64,000 nucleotides of DNA, from the IMG/VR virus record IMGVR_UViG_3300018411_000639, positions 48,617-112,616 of that record, one strand, 5' to 3'. The position numbers were made by a program, and so were the translations under genes. The notes under the pieces were generated by a model. It saw only the letters and a program-made list of their open reading frames with translations. It ran no database searches and had not been told where the DNA came from. This DNA comes from a virus. Shown here piece after piece: positions 1-9,685 of this stretch. How positions within the stretch are numbered: position 1 is the stretch's first letter; every line of letters starts with the position of its first letter.

Positions 1-2060
1 TAGTTGCCTGCAATCTTCGGTGTCAGGTTGCTTGGCACTTGTGTCAGGGCTGCGTTCGTGCCGATGGTATTGATAGCTGTCTCCATAGTGATATTGGTGT
101 CTTTCAGGACATTGTAGAGTTCCTTGAATGTCGTCTTCTGTTGCGGAGATTTCAGTCTGCCTAGCACTTGATCCGCATTCAAGGTCTTGTCCAATTCACT
201 GACAGAGCCGTTCTTCACAAGGAACGCGATATCTTCCATTCGGGCCGGTCTGCCGAAGGTTTCTCTGAAGGCGATGTTTACGTCCGAGTAAGTGCCGTAC
301 ATCGTTTCAGCGTAACTGAATCCTCGCCCGTTCCCTAGTTGAAACATTCCCTCAAAGTTCCGTCGCGCGCTATCGGAAATCGTGCGGCCTACTTGTTGGT
401 CCACCATGGCAGAAGTCACCTCTCCGGGGTTCAACGGAATGCGGTTCACAGCTTGATTGGACTCCAAAGCGCTTCGCAGTTCCGCTTTCCGTCGGTACTT
501 GCTTCGACCCTGCAAACCAACTTGAGTGGCGTAAGAGCGCAAGCCTTTGAGTGGCATCTGGCTGAAGTCTGTCAGTTCCTCGGCTTCAACGACTGTATGG
601 ATGGAGAGGTCATTCTGGAACAAGGCTTGAATGTCGTCCGGGTTCGATCTGAAAATCGTACCTGTCACATTCTGATTTCCTTCGCCTGCTCCTCGGAACC
701 GAAGAGCGAACAACCCTTCTGCTCCCGGTTGGTTCTTCGCGACTCGACTTGCGATGCTCCCGTCAAGTTCTGCTGTTGGGATGAATTTCATCTCATCCAC
801 CTGATAGAACTGATTGCGGTTCAATGCGTAATCAAGGTGCGGCTGAATCTCTCCGTCAATCGCCATGAAGTCGTATCCGTCTTTGTCGATCTTAACCGCT
901 TTGTTGGCGAACACCACGCTCTCGCCCGCATTGTCTGGTGTGACGGTTCGGTTGTTTGGGTTGGAGCGAATAGCTTCCACACCTTCGAGGACGTCTTGGT
1001 AACTTTTCTGAGCAAGAGTCATGGTCGCTTTCGTATCGGATTCCGCAAGATGGGCGTCAATGTCGATACCGAAGGCCGAAGCCCACGAACCCAGACTACC
1101 CGGACTGCTTCCTGCACTAAAGCTTTCGATGCCTTGGTTGCTGGCGATACCGCTTAACGAAGACAACATTCTTCCTTGATTGGTTGCGCTCAGACCGGTT
1201 CTGGCATCATAGTGGTTCAGCGCCTTGACGGCAGGGATGCCTTGCTCCTGCAGCACGGCGTTCAGGAAAGGAATGTCATAGTTTGTGCCATTGTAGCTGA
1301 GAAGGGCTTTCCCCGGATTGTTGGTTTCGGTGATGGCGTTCCGTAAGGAAATAAGTTGCTGTCTTCCGACGTCTGTCTGGAGTCCTTGCTTGCGGCCTAC
1401 TTTAGCAAGATTGGACAAACCTGACCTTGCCCGACGAAGATCCGTTGGGTCAGGGTCGAGCAGTTTGCCCAGAGCGAAACGTTTGGAACGAGGATTCATC
1501 ACAAAGGCGTTGGGGTCAGAATAGACTGTCAGCCGTTTAATGGTGGACTGCTCAGCTGCACTCAACGTATCCCACCCATCTCCCTCTGCGCGGGCTATCA
1601 ACTCTAGGAAGCCTCTTCGTTGCCGTTCTTCTACACCAAAGGTAAGGACTTCGCTGATTGGCTTATTTGCCTGAATCATACCCGAAGCATTCTTCGTTAC
1701 CTGTTGCCGCACAAGAGCGACTTCCGTCATGGCCAGCAATCCTTTTTCGGACTCCGTTGCGTTTGGTCCGAAGTTCCCAAGGGTTTCCAAGTCGAAACCT
1801 GTAACGTCGCCTCCGTCCACCTCGAAGATGTTGCGGATGTTCTCTGCCTGCTTCTGGATTTCATTGAGGTCAAAACCTTTTGCTGCTTCAGGGTAAGTGG
1901 TGAACGCAAACGGCACACGGGATTGTCTGGCGAGAAGTTGGTTCAGCGTATCTCTTTGTTTCTGGTAAAGCTCCTGTGCGTCGGGATTATCCCACATTGT
2001 CCCAAGGTTGCTGTTGAAACTGCTTCTTGTTGTGTCTCGGTTGATGTCAGCTAAATACAT
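1..2060 (-). CDS. Giant tail-locus (tape-measure-like) protein, 5' part only, with an N-terminal DEDDh 3'-5' exonuclease domain
   Basis: Absent from the ORF track because it runs off the window. ATG at 2060 after an AAGGAGGG RBS. Manual translation: MYLADINRD...GFDLETLG (ExoI)...LSYNGTNYDIPFL (ExoII)...AHLAESD (ExoIII). Confidence 0.8.
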   Translation of the reverse strand, partial: MYLADINRDTTRSSFNSNLGTMWDNPDAQELYQKQRDTLNQLLARQSRVPFAFTTYPEAAKGFDLNEIQKQAENIRNIFEVDGGDVTGFDLETLGNFGPNATESEKGLLAMTEVALVRQQVTKNASGMIQANKPISEVLTFGVEERQRRGFLELIARAEGDGWDTLSAAEQSTIKRLTVYSDPNAFVMNPRSKRFALGKLLDPDPTDLRRARSGLSNLAKVGRKQGLQTDVGRQQLISLRNAITETNNPGKALLSYNGTNYDIPFLNAVLQEQGIPAVKALNHYDARTGLSATNQGRMLSSLSGIASNQGIESFSAGSSPGSLGSWASAFGIDIDAHLAESDTKATMTLAQKSYQDVLEGVEAIRSNPNNRTVTPDNAGESVVFANKAVKIDKDGYDFMAIDGEIQPHLDYALNRNQFYQVDEMKFIPTAELDGSIASRVAKNQPGAEGLFALRFRGAGEGNQNVTGTIFRSNPDDIQALFQNDLSIHTVVEAEELTDFSQMPLKGLRSYATQVGLQGRSKYRRKAELRSALESNQAVNRIPLNPGEVTSAMVDQQVGRTISDSARRNFEGMFQLGNGRGFSYAETMYGTYSDVNIAFRETFGRPARMEDIAFLVKNGSVSELDKTLNADQVLGRLKSPQQKTTFKELYNVLKDTNITMETAINTIGTNAALTQVPSNLTPKIAGN

Positions 2061-2079
2061 GCCAACCCTCCTTCATTCG

Positions 2080-5000
2080 TTATACGAGTTTGGATGTGCG
2101 AATCTTCTCTTCGATTTCCTGTCGCTTATCCTTCTTCATTTTTACATCTACACCCACATCGCGGGTGCTGTAGCGGTAATCTACCTCTATATCTTCTAAG
2201 CCCATCTCGGTAAGGACATCCATAAGTTTGTTTCTCACCGTCAGGGCATTACTGCGGACATTCATTTTCGGAAGAGGGATTTCTCCTTCTGCATTGGCTT
2301 GGTCGATTTGATCCTGCCAAACATCGAACTCCCCGAAGTCCAGTCCCTGCTGCTTAATCATCTTGATTTTCACACTGTCGAGGTCTGTCTCCTCGTTCCA
2401 CCCTTCCCACTCTGCATCGGGCAGAACGTTCTCCTGGAAGTACGCATCCAGAGAAGGCTTATCTTCGACAGGCATTCCCCATGTACTCTCTAAAGCTCGT
2501 CGCAGGTACTTTGGAGCCAGACTCAGAATCTTGCCCTTCTCTTCTTCCGGAGCCTTCATAAAGTACTTCATGTACTGGCGGTCTGTCTTTGGTAACGCAG
2601 CTAGAATGTTGGCCAGAGGATCTCCACGATCATAACCGTACATCGTCTTCTCCGATTTGTTGTAGTAGTCGATGGCTTTGGTGGCATCTGAGGACAGGCG
2701 AGTGACGCTTCTGTCGCTTTGGATCTCGGTCAGCTCCTTATTGATTTGACCGACAATGAGTGACTGAGAGGCTTGCATGTCAACGTACTTTGGCGCACCT
2801 GTCTTGAACTCGAACTGATCTCTGTCTGCGTAGTTCATCTTGATGAATTTCTTGAAGTCCATCAGATCCCGTTTGCGGGCTTTCTTGTCCTGTCCGTTGA
2901 ACTCGGCACTCTTCATGAAGGCTTTCACGTCGAAGCCTTCTTCTTTGAGCGTCTTTTGTGCGTACTCCTCGTAGAGTCCGCGGTACTTCACGTATTTCAA
3001 GGTGTCGATGTATTCGTTCAGATTGCGTTCCTTCTGGCGTGTTTCTGGTATCCAGCGTTCGCCTGTCGTAGCTTCTTTTGTTCCGACAATAGCTTTCCCG
3101 ATGGCGGTGACAGAGAAACCTGTCAAGGCTCCCAATATCTTTCCGTAACGGGTAGATCCGAACGCTGACCCGAGCAACGTCCCCCAAATCAAACCACTTG
3201 GTCGGTTGATGCTTTCCCGAATGGCAGGAATCAGGAAGTCACGTACAGGATGCGTCCAGTTCTGGAAATCCTTGCCGTACACTTCTCGTTGCTCGTAACT
3301 CTCTGCCGCACTTCTTACCTGAAGGACTTTCGTATGAAACGGTGTGTTCAGATGGGACACAGCCTCCCATGCTTTCCCGAAGGCGATCTCCATCGGATTG
3401 TAGCGGGCATGGATGGATGCAGGAGTGAAGTCATCCTCTTTCTCCGTAGCAAGGCCGCGCTTCACCATGGTCTTGTTTACATTCAATCCGTTGCTGTAGA
3501 CCACGGCCCGAATACTGTTGACGGTATCTTTTGTGACCTGATTGGCTTCATCCATATCGTAACCGATTCTCACGGATCGACCGGGTTTCAGCAGCTGAGC
3601 CAGTTGCTTGCTCGCTTCCTCTCCCGTTCCATCTGCCATCGCTTCGCTTACGTGTACTCCGGCTAGTTTGATTGGATTGTCGGGCATCTCGTTCGCGATA
3701 AAGGTGTTGTTGCTCAGCATCTTTTTGACGGTCACAGTCTTCATTTCAAGGTTCGCCGTTTTGAATCGGTACGGATAAATCCGCATCGGCTCTTTGGCTT
3801 CGGTGACGCGATTGTCGATGGCAGACACTTCTTCTTGCTCTTCTGTTGTGATCTTCATCTTGGACAGCATAGCCTTTGTTTCTGCATATTCTCGCGAGTA
3901 CGGAGCCACATCGCCTAATATCCTCAGGCGGTCAATCGGATCGTAAAGTTCTCCTCTGCCAATCGACCCATCCGCTATACCGTTCCGGATGTAATCACGG
4001 GCTGTCCGAAGGTTATTCAAGGACTCCTGAAGCAAATCATCGCTATATTTGAATTTTGCTGTATACGTCTGATTTGGGTCGTCCCGGTTTATATATTGAA
4101 CATACCCGTTCCCCTTTTCTTGTCCTAGCGCCCACATATAATAATTCACTTGTTTGTGGTGGTCTGCTCGAGCCTCTCCTGTTTTGAGGACCTCTCTAAA
4201 GCCTTTGTCACTAATTGTCTTGATGTCGACTACACCTATCTTTGTTCTCGAAGATTCGTCATGAATGACGGCATCGTAGAAACCGAGGACGCCGTTCTCT
4301 TCGTCTTCGATCTTCCCTTCTGTATCAAGGGCGAGGCCGGACTTCAACCACATATCTTCTATTTTTTTGTGGTACTCCGTTCCTTCATCAACGATACTCT
4401 GCAAGCCTTCGTCCGTAATCGGGTCTTGGTTCAGCAAGTGCTTGATGATTTCCTCGGGTTCTTTTCCTAGAGTGGACGAACCGACACGAAGCGCCGTAGG
4501 GTCTTTGATGTTCCACGTTCGCTCGTAGCCTTCTCCAGGTAGTCGCATCTCTCCCTTGGCTACTTTCGTATAAGGGTCACCTGTTTGGAAGTTGGTAAAG
4601 TAATCCTCGCCCGGCATCCATTCTGGCATCGTGTTCTTGATTGGGTTGATGTACGCAACATCATTCCTTCTTTTCGGCAAGAAGCGTCGGAAGATTTCCG
4701 AGAACTCTCCTCCGAGCCCGCCAGCGTTCTGATCCCAGAACTGGCGATTGAACGACATAGACCAACCCGGGGTGTCTATAACTTCTTTTTCAGCTTGCGC
4801 TTCACCGGTAACGAATCCTTGGATTGCAAAGCCGTAAATACCAGCTATATCGCCCCACTGGTTCGCCTGTTCGCTCAAGCTATGCCCTACACTGTTTGGT
4901 GAAGCAACATCCCCTATTGTAGGTTCAGGCGTTACTGGTGGAGTCGTGTCCACTCGCGTGTCCGCACTTACAGCTTTGCTTAGCGCATACTTCCTTAGAT

Positions 5001-7812
5001 CGAAGTTGACTTCGGATAGGCCTAAGCTATTGTCTATGTTGATGACCTGCATTCCGCCGCTCGGCGTCTGGTAAACTTCGTAGGATTCATCCTTCGGTCG
5101 TGCGCCTGCAGTTGTGCCAATATCGACACCCAGTTCCTGTAGTTTTGGGGTCAGCAGATCGCCTGCGACAGCCGCATCGTCGGGCATCGCTCGTGATGGA
5201 GAACCTCCCGATGAAACTTGGGCTGCAGCTTCCTCTCCGCCTTCGGTAGAAGGAGCCGAACCCTGTTGCCCAGGAATCGCCGCTTGCAGACTCGGATCGA
5301 CAAGTGGTTCCGTGTAAGAGGTTGCTCCGCCCTTCTGCCAATACTCTTCATGCATCCGAAGACGCGGCTTGAGGATACGACCGATAGTAGCGCCGAAGGC
5401 CGGCCCGATGACAGGGATATTCTCGCCCTCTGGGGAAGTCATGAGGTATGGTCTGTCGTTGTAGTGCTTGCGGTCATAATAATACTTGTCGGTGACGAAG
5501 TGACGAATCGGAGCCAATGGCTGCGTGAGTGTCGGGAACCATGCGTTCTTGAAGTATTCTTCACGGCTTCCGAACTTACTGTCGGAGAATTCTGCGTCAC
5601 CCATGATTCTTCTGTAAAGGTTGGGTTGGAAGTATTGGATCTTTCCACCTGTCAAAGGCGTATTACCCATGTCCCAATAGCGTCCCTTTCTTACTTCCGT
5701 CATACCGCTCTCGTAATATTCTTCCCGTTCCTCTGTGGTGCTGGTCCAGTCTACGACGTTGATGCCGGGAATGTCTGCGATCTGTTCCGATCCTGGAGTC
5801 AGGTCGGCAATCTCTTTGGCGACTTTGGTGATGCCCAAGGAGTCCTTTACGCGATGCCAGCCGAGGTCAAAGTTCTTAACGTTCCTTGCGGTTCGCATCG
5901 TGATGTTGTCAGGGCTTCCGTTCTCGTCCTCGTCTCCGCCCTCGGTCAGGTAGTTCAGGTATTGATACCCCTGATAGGCTCCGTAGACAGGAAGGAATCG
6001 TTTCAGGACGAGGTTCGCTGCGATGTGTCCGACAGAGGCTTTGCTTTCGTTACTCATGCCCGGACCGAACATCCCGATAGCTTGATCCATTCGGTCAAAC
6101 ATGAAGTACGGCAAACTCGTTCTGGATGTGACGTTATCTCCGATGGTGTCCGGCCCGCCCTCTACCTTCTTGCGTCCGGCAACGAATTGGTGCGCCCAAT
6201 CTTTCAGGTCATACCCTTTGTCTTCTTTGAAGGCATCACGGAGGTTGTGGCTGTCACGGAAGGCGACAATCAGATCCTCTCCTTCTGGTGCGTTACCGAA
6301 AGCCCCCGATAGGTCGTGCTGAGATGTGACGGACTTGGACGCATGGAACATGTTCGTCTTGCCCAACTTGCGTCCCATCTCTTCGATGTAATGGTCCGGC
6401 TTGAAGATGTCAGCAAGACCTGTTTCTTGTTGATAGAGGTGCTCAACGGCCTTATCTTGAAAGCCGAGGTCAAGTGTTTCCATCATCTTGCCGTAAAGCC
6501 GTTGGTAGGTTTTACTTTTCTCATCGTGATGCTCGTAGTCCACCAAGTTCAGGTTTGCCATCTTCCGCATCTGATCGACTTCCCGAGGCAGCCCATACGG
6601 GCCCTGTTTCTCTTTGGGTATCTTCCAGACATGGTAGTTGCTCCCGACTTTCTCAAGACCACCCATATCATCGTTGATCCTGAACACATTCCCGTCCGAG
6701 AAGAGGAGAGGTTTGTCACCAAAGACATCCTTTATTTTGCTGTCTGTTCTGCCTGCGAGCTTGGTAACGTGAGGTTGGTACGTGTTGGCGTGCAGAAGTC
6801 CTGAAGATAGCTTGGTCCGGTTCATCTGATCGACGTCGAACAAGCGGAGCGGATTGATGCCTACAGCCGGAATCTTGAAGTCTGTTGCAAGGGAGTGGAC
6901 GAGATTATTCTTCGCCTTATCTGCCTTCCGGACGTCAATGAACTCCCCGAACTCGTCCACCATGATGTTTTTATCAAGCACGATGTTCTTGTACTTGTTA
7001 GATGAAAGCAGTGTTTCGGTTACGCCTTCCTCTGTGGTGTAGGCTGTGTTGATAAACTGATTGATCCTGTCAAGCGTCCCATCTTTGTCATCCAGACGGA
7101 TGCGGTCGGTACGGGATTGCACGCCCCCGTTCTTCGCTACATGGATAAGGTCTTCCAGTGTGGCAGAACGGTAGCCTGACCGTTTCATCTTCTTCTGCCC
7201 CTCTTCGGCTGCCTGCGTCATCTTTCTGCTGACATCCTGCATGAGTTGCGACTGGACAGGTTTCCTCGCCTGAGCGACCCCTGCTTTGTTCAGTCCATCT
7301 AAAGTTGACTTCATGCGGCCCATCTCGTACCCAAGGTCAGTGTCCGAGTAAGTATGGAGCGTAACGTCTTTTGCTGCCTCGGATAGCTTTTTGTTTTTGC
7401 TGATGACTTCCTTGTTCAGGTTCTTGATGTCGCGTCGTGTTTCTGACATCATCTCATTGAAGTTCCGGGGATTCGTCATGCGCTTCAGGTTGGCTTTCGT
7501 AGGCTCCATCCGCAACAGACTTGCCTTCGGAGCTTCGGTATTGTTCTTGCTCCAACGACGCATGGTCTGCATCGTAGTGTCCCCGTACCCCTGAAAGTCA
7601 TCTGCGTAGCGGAGCAGCTCTTTGATACCGCCTTTCAGCAAGCCCGATCGGTAAGCGGCGATACCCGCGATGCCGATAGCGGAAGCGATGAGTGTACGCT
7701 TTAGTGAGCTATTCTCTCGGGCCATACCTGTCGTATCGTCTTCCGTATAATCGCTATCTCTCGATCTGACTCTCTGTGTTCTTCGCTTTTCCCATTTGCG
7801 TTCGGATTGCAT
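2080..7812 (-). CDS. 1910-aa tape-measure-like/ejected virion protein with a PD-(D/E)XK (Cas4-like) nuclease domain and a degenerate SNase domain
   Basis: Directly follows the tail chaperones. Hydrophobic Gly-rich segments. Motifs GTEYH / GFYDAV / VDIKT / QVNYY; SNase-like VTVKKMLSNNTF..IKLAGVHVSE..NVNKTMVKRGLA. Confidence 0.75.
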   Translation of the reverse strand: MQSERKWEKRRTQRVRSRDSDYTEDDTTGMARENSSLKRTLIASAIGIAGIAAYRSGLLKGGIKELLRYADDFQGYGDTTMQTMRRWSKNNTEAPKASLLRMEPTKANLKRMTNPRNFNEMMSETRRDIKNLNKEVISKNKKLSEAAKDVTLHTYSDTDLGYEMGRMKSTLDGLNKAGVAQARKPVQSQLMQDVSRKMTQAAEEGQKKMKRSGYRSATLEDLIHVAKNGGVQSRTDRIRLDDKDGTLDRINQFINTAYTTEEGVTETLLSSNKYKNIVLDKNIMVDEFGEFIDVRKADKAKNNLVHSLATDFKIPAVGINPLRLFDVDQMNRTKLSSGLLHANTYQPHVTKLAGRTDSKIKDVFGDKPLLFSDGNVFRINDDMGGLEKVGSNYHVWKIPKEKQGPYGLPREVDQMRKMANLNLVDYEHHDEKSKTYQRLYGKMMETLDLGFQDKAVEHLYQQETGLADIFKPDHYIEEMGRKLGKTNMFHASKSVTSQHDLSGAFGNAPEGEDLIVAFRDSHNLRDAFKEDKGYDLKDWAHQFVAGRKKVEGGPDTIGDNVTSRTSLPYFMFDRMDQAIGMFGPGMSNESKASVGHIAANLVLKRFLPVYGAYQGYQYLNYLTEGGDEDENGSPDNITMRTARNVKNFDLGWHRVKDSLGITKVAKEIADLTPGSEQIADIPGINVVDWTSTTEEREEYYESGMTEVRKGRYWDMGNTPLTGGKIQYFQPNLYRRIMGDAEFSDSKFGSREEYFKNAWFPTLTQPLAPIRHFVTDKYYYDRKHYNDRPYLMTSPEGENIPVIGPAFGATIGRILKPRLRMHEEYWQKGGATSYTEPLVDPSLQAAIPGQQGSAPSTEGGEEAAAQVSSGGSPSRAMPDDAAVAGDLLTPKLQELGVDIGTTAGARPKDESYEVYQTPSGGMQVINIDNSLGLSEVNFDLRKYALSKAVSADTRVDTTPPVTPEPTIGDVASPNSVGHSLSEQANQWGDIAGIYGFAIQGFVTGEAQAEKEVIDTPGWSMSFNRQFWDQNAGGLGGEFSEIFRRFLPKRRNDVAYINPIKNTMPEWMPGEDYFTNFQTGDPYTKVAKGEMRLPGEGYERTWNIKDPTALRVGSSTLGKEPEEIIKHLLNQDPITDEGLQSIVDEGTEYHKKIEDMWLKSGLALDTEGKIEDEENGVLGFYDAVIHDESSRTKIGVVDIKTISDKGFREVLKTGEARADHHKQVNYYMWALGQEKGNGYVQYINRDDPNQTYTAKFKYSDDLLQESLNNLRTARDYIRNGIADGSIGRGELYDPIDRLRILGDVAPYSREYAETKAMLSKMKITTEEQEEVSAIDNRVTEAKEPMRIYPYRFKTANLEMKTVTVKKMLSNNTFIANEMPDNPIKLAGVHVSEAMADGTGEEASKQLAQLLKPGRSVRIGYDMDEANQVTKDTVNSIRAVVYSNGLNVNKTMVKRGLATEKEDDFTPASIHARYNPMEIAFGKAWEAVSHLNTPFHTKVLQVRSAAESYEQREVYGKDFQNWTHPVRDFLIPAIRESINRPSGLIWGTLLGSAFGSTRYGKILGALTGFSVTAIGKAIVGTKEATTGERWIPETRQKERNLNEYIDTLKYVKYRGLYEEYAQKTLKEEGFDVKAFMKSAEFNGQDKKARKRDLMDFKKFIKMNYADRDQFEFKTGAPKYVDMQASQSLIVGQINKELTEIQSDRSVTRLSSDATKAIDYYNKSEKTMYGYDRGDPLANILAALPKTDRQYMKYFMKAPEEEKGKILSLAPKYLRRALESTWGMPVEDKPSLDAYFQENVLPDAEWEGWNEETDLDSVKIKMIKQQGLDFGEFDVWQDQIDQANAEGEIPLPKMNVRSNALTVRNKLMDVLTEMGLEDIEVDYRYSTRDVGVDVKMKKDKRQEIEEKIRTSKLV

Positions 7813-8479
7813 TCATCACACCCTCATTCTGCCAATGGACGCCTCCGATGAGAGGGAAGTCCATGAAGTCTTTCTTCTGGTTAAATTCGTCTTTGAAGTA
7901 TATCATCGGATCCATTCCGTTAGCCCTCAGTTCATCCACAAACGCTTTGTTGTCAGAACCCGAGTTCTCGGCGTACTCCTCTACTTCTTGTTGGTTGGTG
8001 GTGAGTTGGATGTTATGACCTTTCAGGTTCAGGATTCTCTCTGCCCTTGCTACCGCCAGCATCAAGCGATCCCATGTCCAGTCTTCCATCTGCTCGTAGG
8101 AGTATTCCGGCATAGCCGCCTTGACGACAGCCATACACTCCTGGTCGAATTGCTTGGTCTTTCTCTTCCCTTTCTCGTAGGCATCCAGAACGGAACCCAA
8201 ACTGGTGAAGTTTGAAGCCTCGACGATCATCGGGCACGCATACGCCGACACCCCCGCAAGAGGGTAGTTCTCGAAGTCAATGTCTGCGGGCTCAAGGATG
8301 GCCGCTTGGCAGATGGCATCTTCCATGTCGTGGTCATCCTGCGTCAAGTTGGTGATGTCCCGATACTCTTTTCGCGTCAGGGTCCGAAAGACGAATTCTT
8401 TATTCTGAAAAAGGACATAAATCACTTTATGTCCTTCATGTGCTTCTTTGTGGTAAAACAAATCATAGATGGAGATCAT
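7754..8479 (-). CDS. Tail assembly chaperone-like protein (paralog 2)
   Basis: FVFRTLTRKEY..EDAICQ motif shared with the upstream gene; lies between tube and tape-measure genes. Confidence 0.6.
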   Translation of the reverse strand: MISIYDLFYHKEAHEGHKVIYVLFQNKEFVFRTLTRKEYRDITNLTQDDHDMEDAICQAAILEPADIDFENYPLAGVSAYACPMIVEASNFTSLGSVLDAYEKGKRKTKQFDQECMAVVKAAMPEYSYEQMEDWTWDRLMLAVARAERILNLKGHNIQLTTNQQEVEEYAENSGSDNKAFVDELRANGMDPMIYFKDEFNQKKDFMDFPLIGGVHWQNEGVMNAIRTQMGKAKNTESQIER

Positions 8480-8490
8480 TGCATTGCCCC

Positions 8491-9096
8491 CTATAATATC
8501 TGGATGGAGTAGTCTTTTGTGAATCCGCTATTCTCCATGACGATCTGTGCATAGGTTGACGGGATGCCCGCTTTTCCGATAGCCATCTTACGGAAGTCGT
8601 ACTTGCTTGGCCAAAGCGTACAGGTCTCACAAATGATTTCTTCTCTCTGCAGAGGGTCAAGGTTTGGGATAGCTGCGAGCTGTTTGTACTCGAAGCGGTT
8701 CAGAGTGCGGAAGACGAAGTACTGTCCCATGATTTCGATAGCCATAAGGTTGTAGTCTTCCCATTGGCGCTTCCACGTTTCGACTTGTGTGATGGTAGGT
8801 CCACCCACAAAGAGGGGTTCGTCATAAGCGTAGAGTTCAGGGTTGTCGCCGAGTTCTCCTTCTTCCGGCTCGCTTCTCAGCGTAGGTAGGTCTTCCCACT
8901 CTTCCGGTTCGTTCTGCAGATGAACACTTTCCTCGGTTTCTTCGCTTGTGTCGGAATTGACACCTTCAACTACTTCATTGTCATCTCGGAACGATGCGTA
9001 CAGGTCTTCGTTTGCTGCAGGTTCCTCACTGATTTGCTTGGATAGTTTTTCTTTGGCTTGCTTTGCTAATTGATCTAGGTTTCCTCCGCTGAACAT
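8491..9096 (-). CDS. Tail assembly chaperone-like protein (paralog 1)
   Basis: Acidic N-terminus; FVFRTLNRFEY..EEIICE motif; synteny. Confidence 0.6.
   Translation of the reverse strand: MFSGGNLDQLAKQAKEKLSKQISEEPAANEDLYASFRDDNEVVEGVNSDTSEETEESVHLQNEPEEWEDLPTLRSEPEEGELGDNPELYAYDEPLFVGGPTITQVETWKRQWEDYNLMAIEIMGQYFVFRTLNRFEYKQLAAIPNLDPLQREEIICETCTLWPSKYDFRKMAIGKAGIPSTYAQIVMENSGFTKDYSIQIL
8948..8963 (+). promoter_or_regulatory. 16-bp box (exact consensus), intragenic
   Basis: GTGTCGGAATTGACAC. Confidence 0.75.
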
Positions 9097-9115
9097 TTAC
9101 ATTCCTCACTCTCTC

Positions 9116-9631
9116 TTAGTCCGTGCTTTCCTCAATATCCTGTGCAATGAAATCGTAGGTCTTGAAAAGGGGGTTCCCTGACGCATCCACTTCCACACCT
9201 GAACTACGCAAGAACACGCGCTTTAAGGTTGTGTTCAAGGGATGGTTCGCTCCAAAGTCCACTCGGATCTCCAGATCGTTCCCTCTCAATGCTTCCGTGT
9301 TACCTTCTTTGAAGAAGGGTGTATGTTTGGGTGTCCCATCGTACTTAGGAACGCCGCCCGCTTCCTCTTCTTGTTCATATCCGGCCATAGCGTTCGTAAC
9401 CAGAGCACCGTACTCTTCTTCCAGTTTAGCCTTTGTGTTGGCGTCCAGTCTCCCTGTTGCGGTCAGACCTTTCTTGGTCTGGTAAGCTTTAACGGCTTCC
9501 TCGTAAGCAAGGGTGTACTCTTTCCCGATCGCATACCCGTTCAAAGCCCCGACAGCGTTCAACATAATGCCCACTTCCTGAACCTCATCTGAGATATAAG
9601 GACTTCCGGGGACATACTTTAGTTCTGACAT
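9116..9631 (-). CDS. Peptidoglycan-binding domain fused to the C-terminal half of a tail-tube-like fold
   Basis: PG-binding motif EAVKAYQTKKGLTATGRLDANT; C-terminal LKRVFLRSSGVEVD..TYDFIAQDI resembles the tube C-terminus. Confidence 0.6.
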   Translation of the reverse strand: MSELKYVPGSPYISDEVQEVGIMLNAVGALNGYAIGKEYTLAYEEAVKAYQTKKGLTATGRLDANTKAKLEEEYGALVTNAMAGYEQEEEAGGVPKYDGTPKHTPFFKEGNTEALRGNDLEIRVDFGANHPLNTTLKRVFLRSSGVEVDASGNPLFKTYDFIAQDIEESTD

Positions 9632-9655
9632 AATAGCACCTCTTTTATCTTCTCC

Positions 9656-9684
9656 ATTTTACCATTTAACTTTGACCTTCACAA
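9656..9684 (-). promoter_or_regulatory. SigA-type promoter for 9116..9631 and downstream genes
   Basis: TTGTGA-17 bp-TAAAAT with extended -10 TG, in the intergenic gap. Confidence 0.55.
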
Positions 9685-9685
9685 T

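Noticed and set aside
3990-4490. Cas4-like domain as a sign of a CRISPR-Cas locus
   Set aside because: No repeat-spacer array or other cas genes seen in the window
7700-7800. G GGA AAA slippery heptamer near the end of the second chaperone gene
   Set aside because: The -1 frame stops after about 30 codons and the 1910-aa ORF is in the +1 frame, so no chaperone fusion would result
8479-8530. Possible -1 frameshift joining the two chaperone genes (lambda G/GT style)
   Set aside because: The frame relation fits, but only an A AAA G tetramer is present, with no heptamer; the genes are paralogs with separate starts
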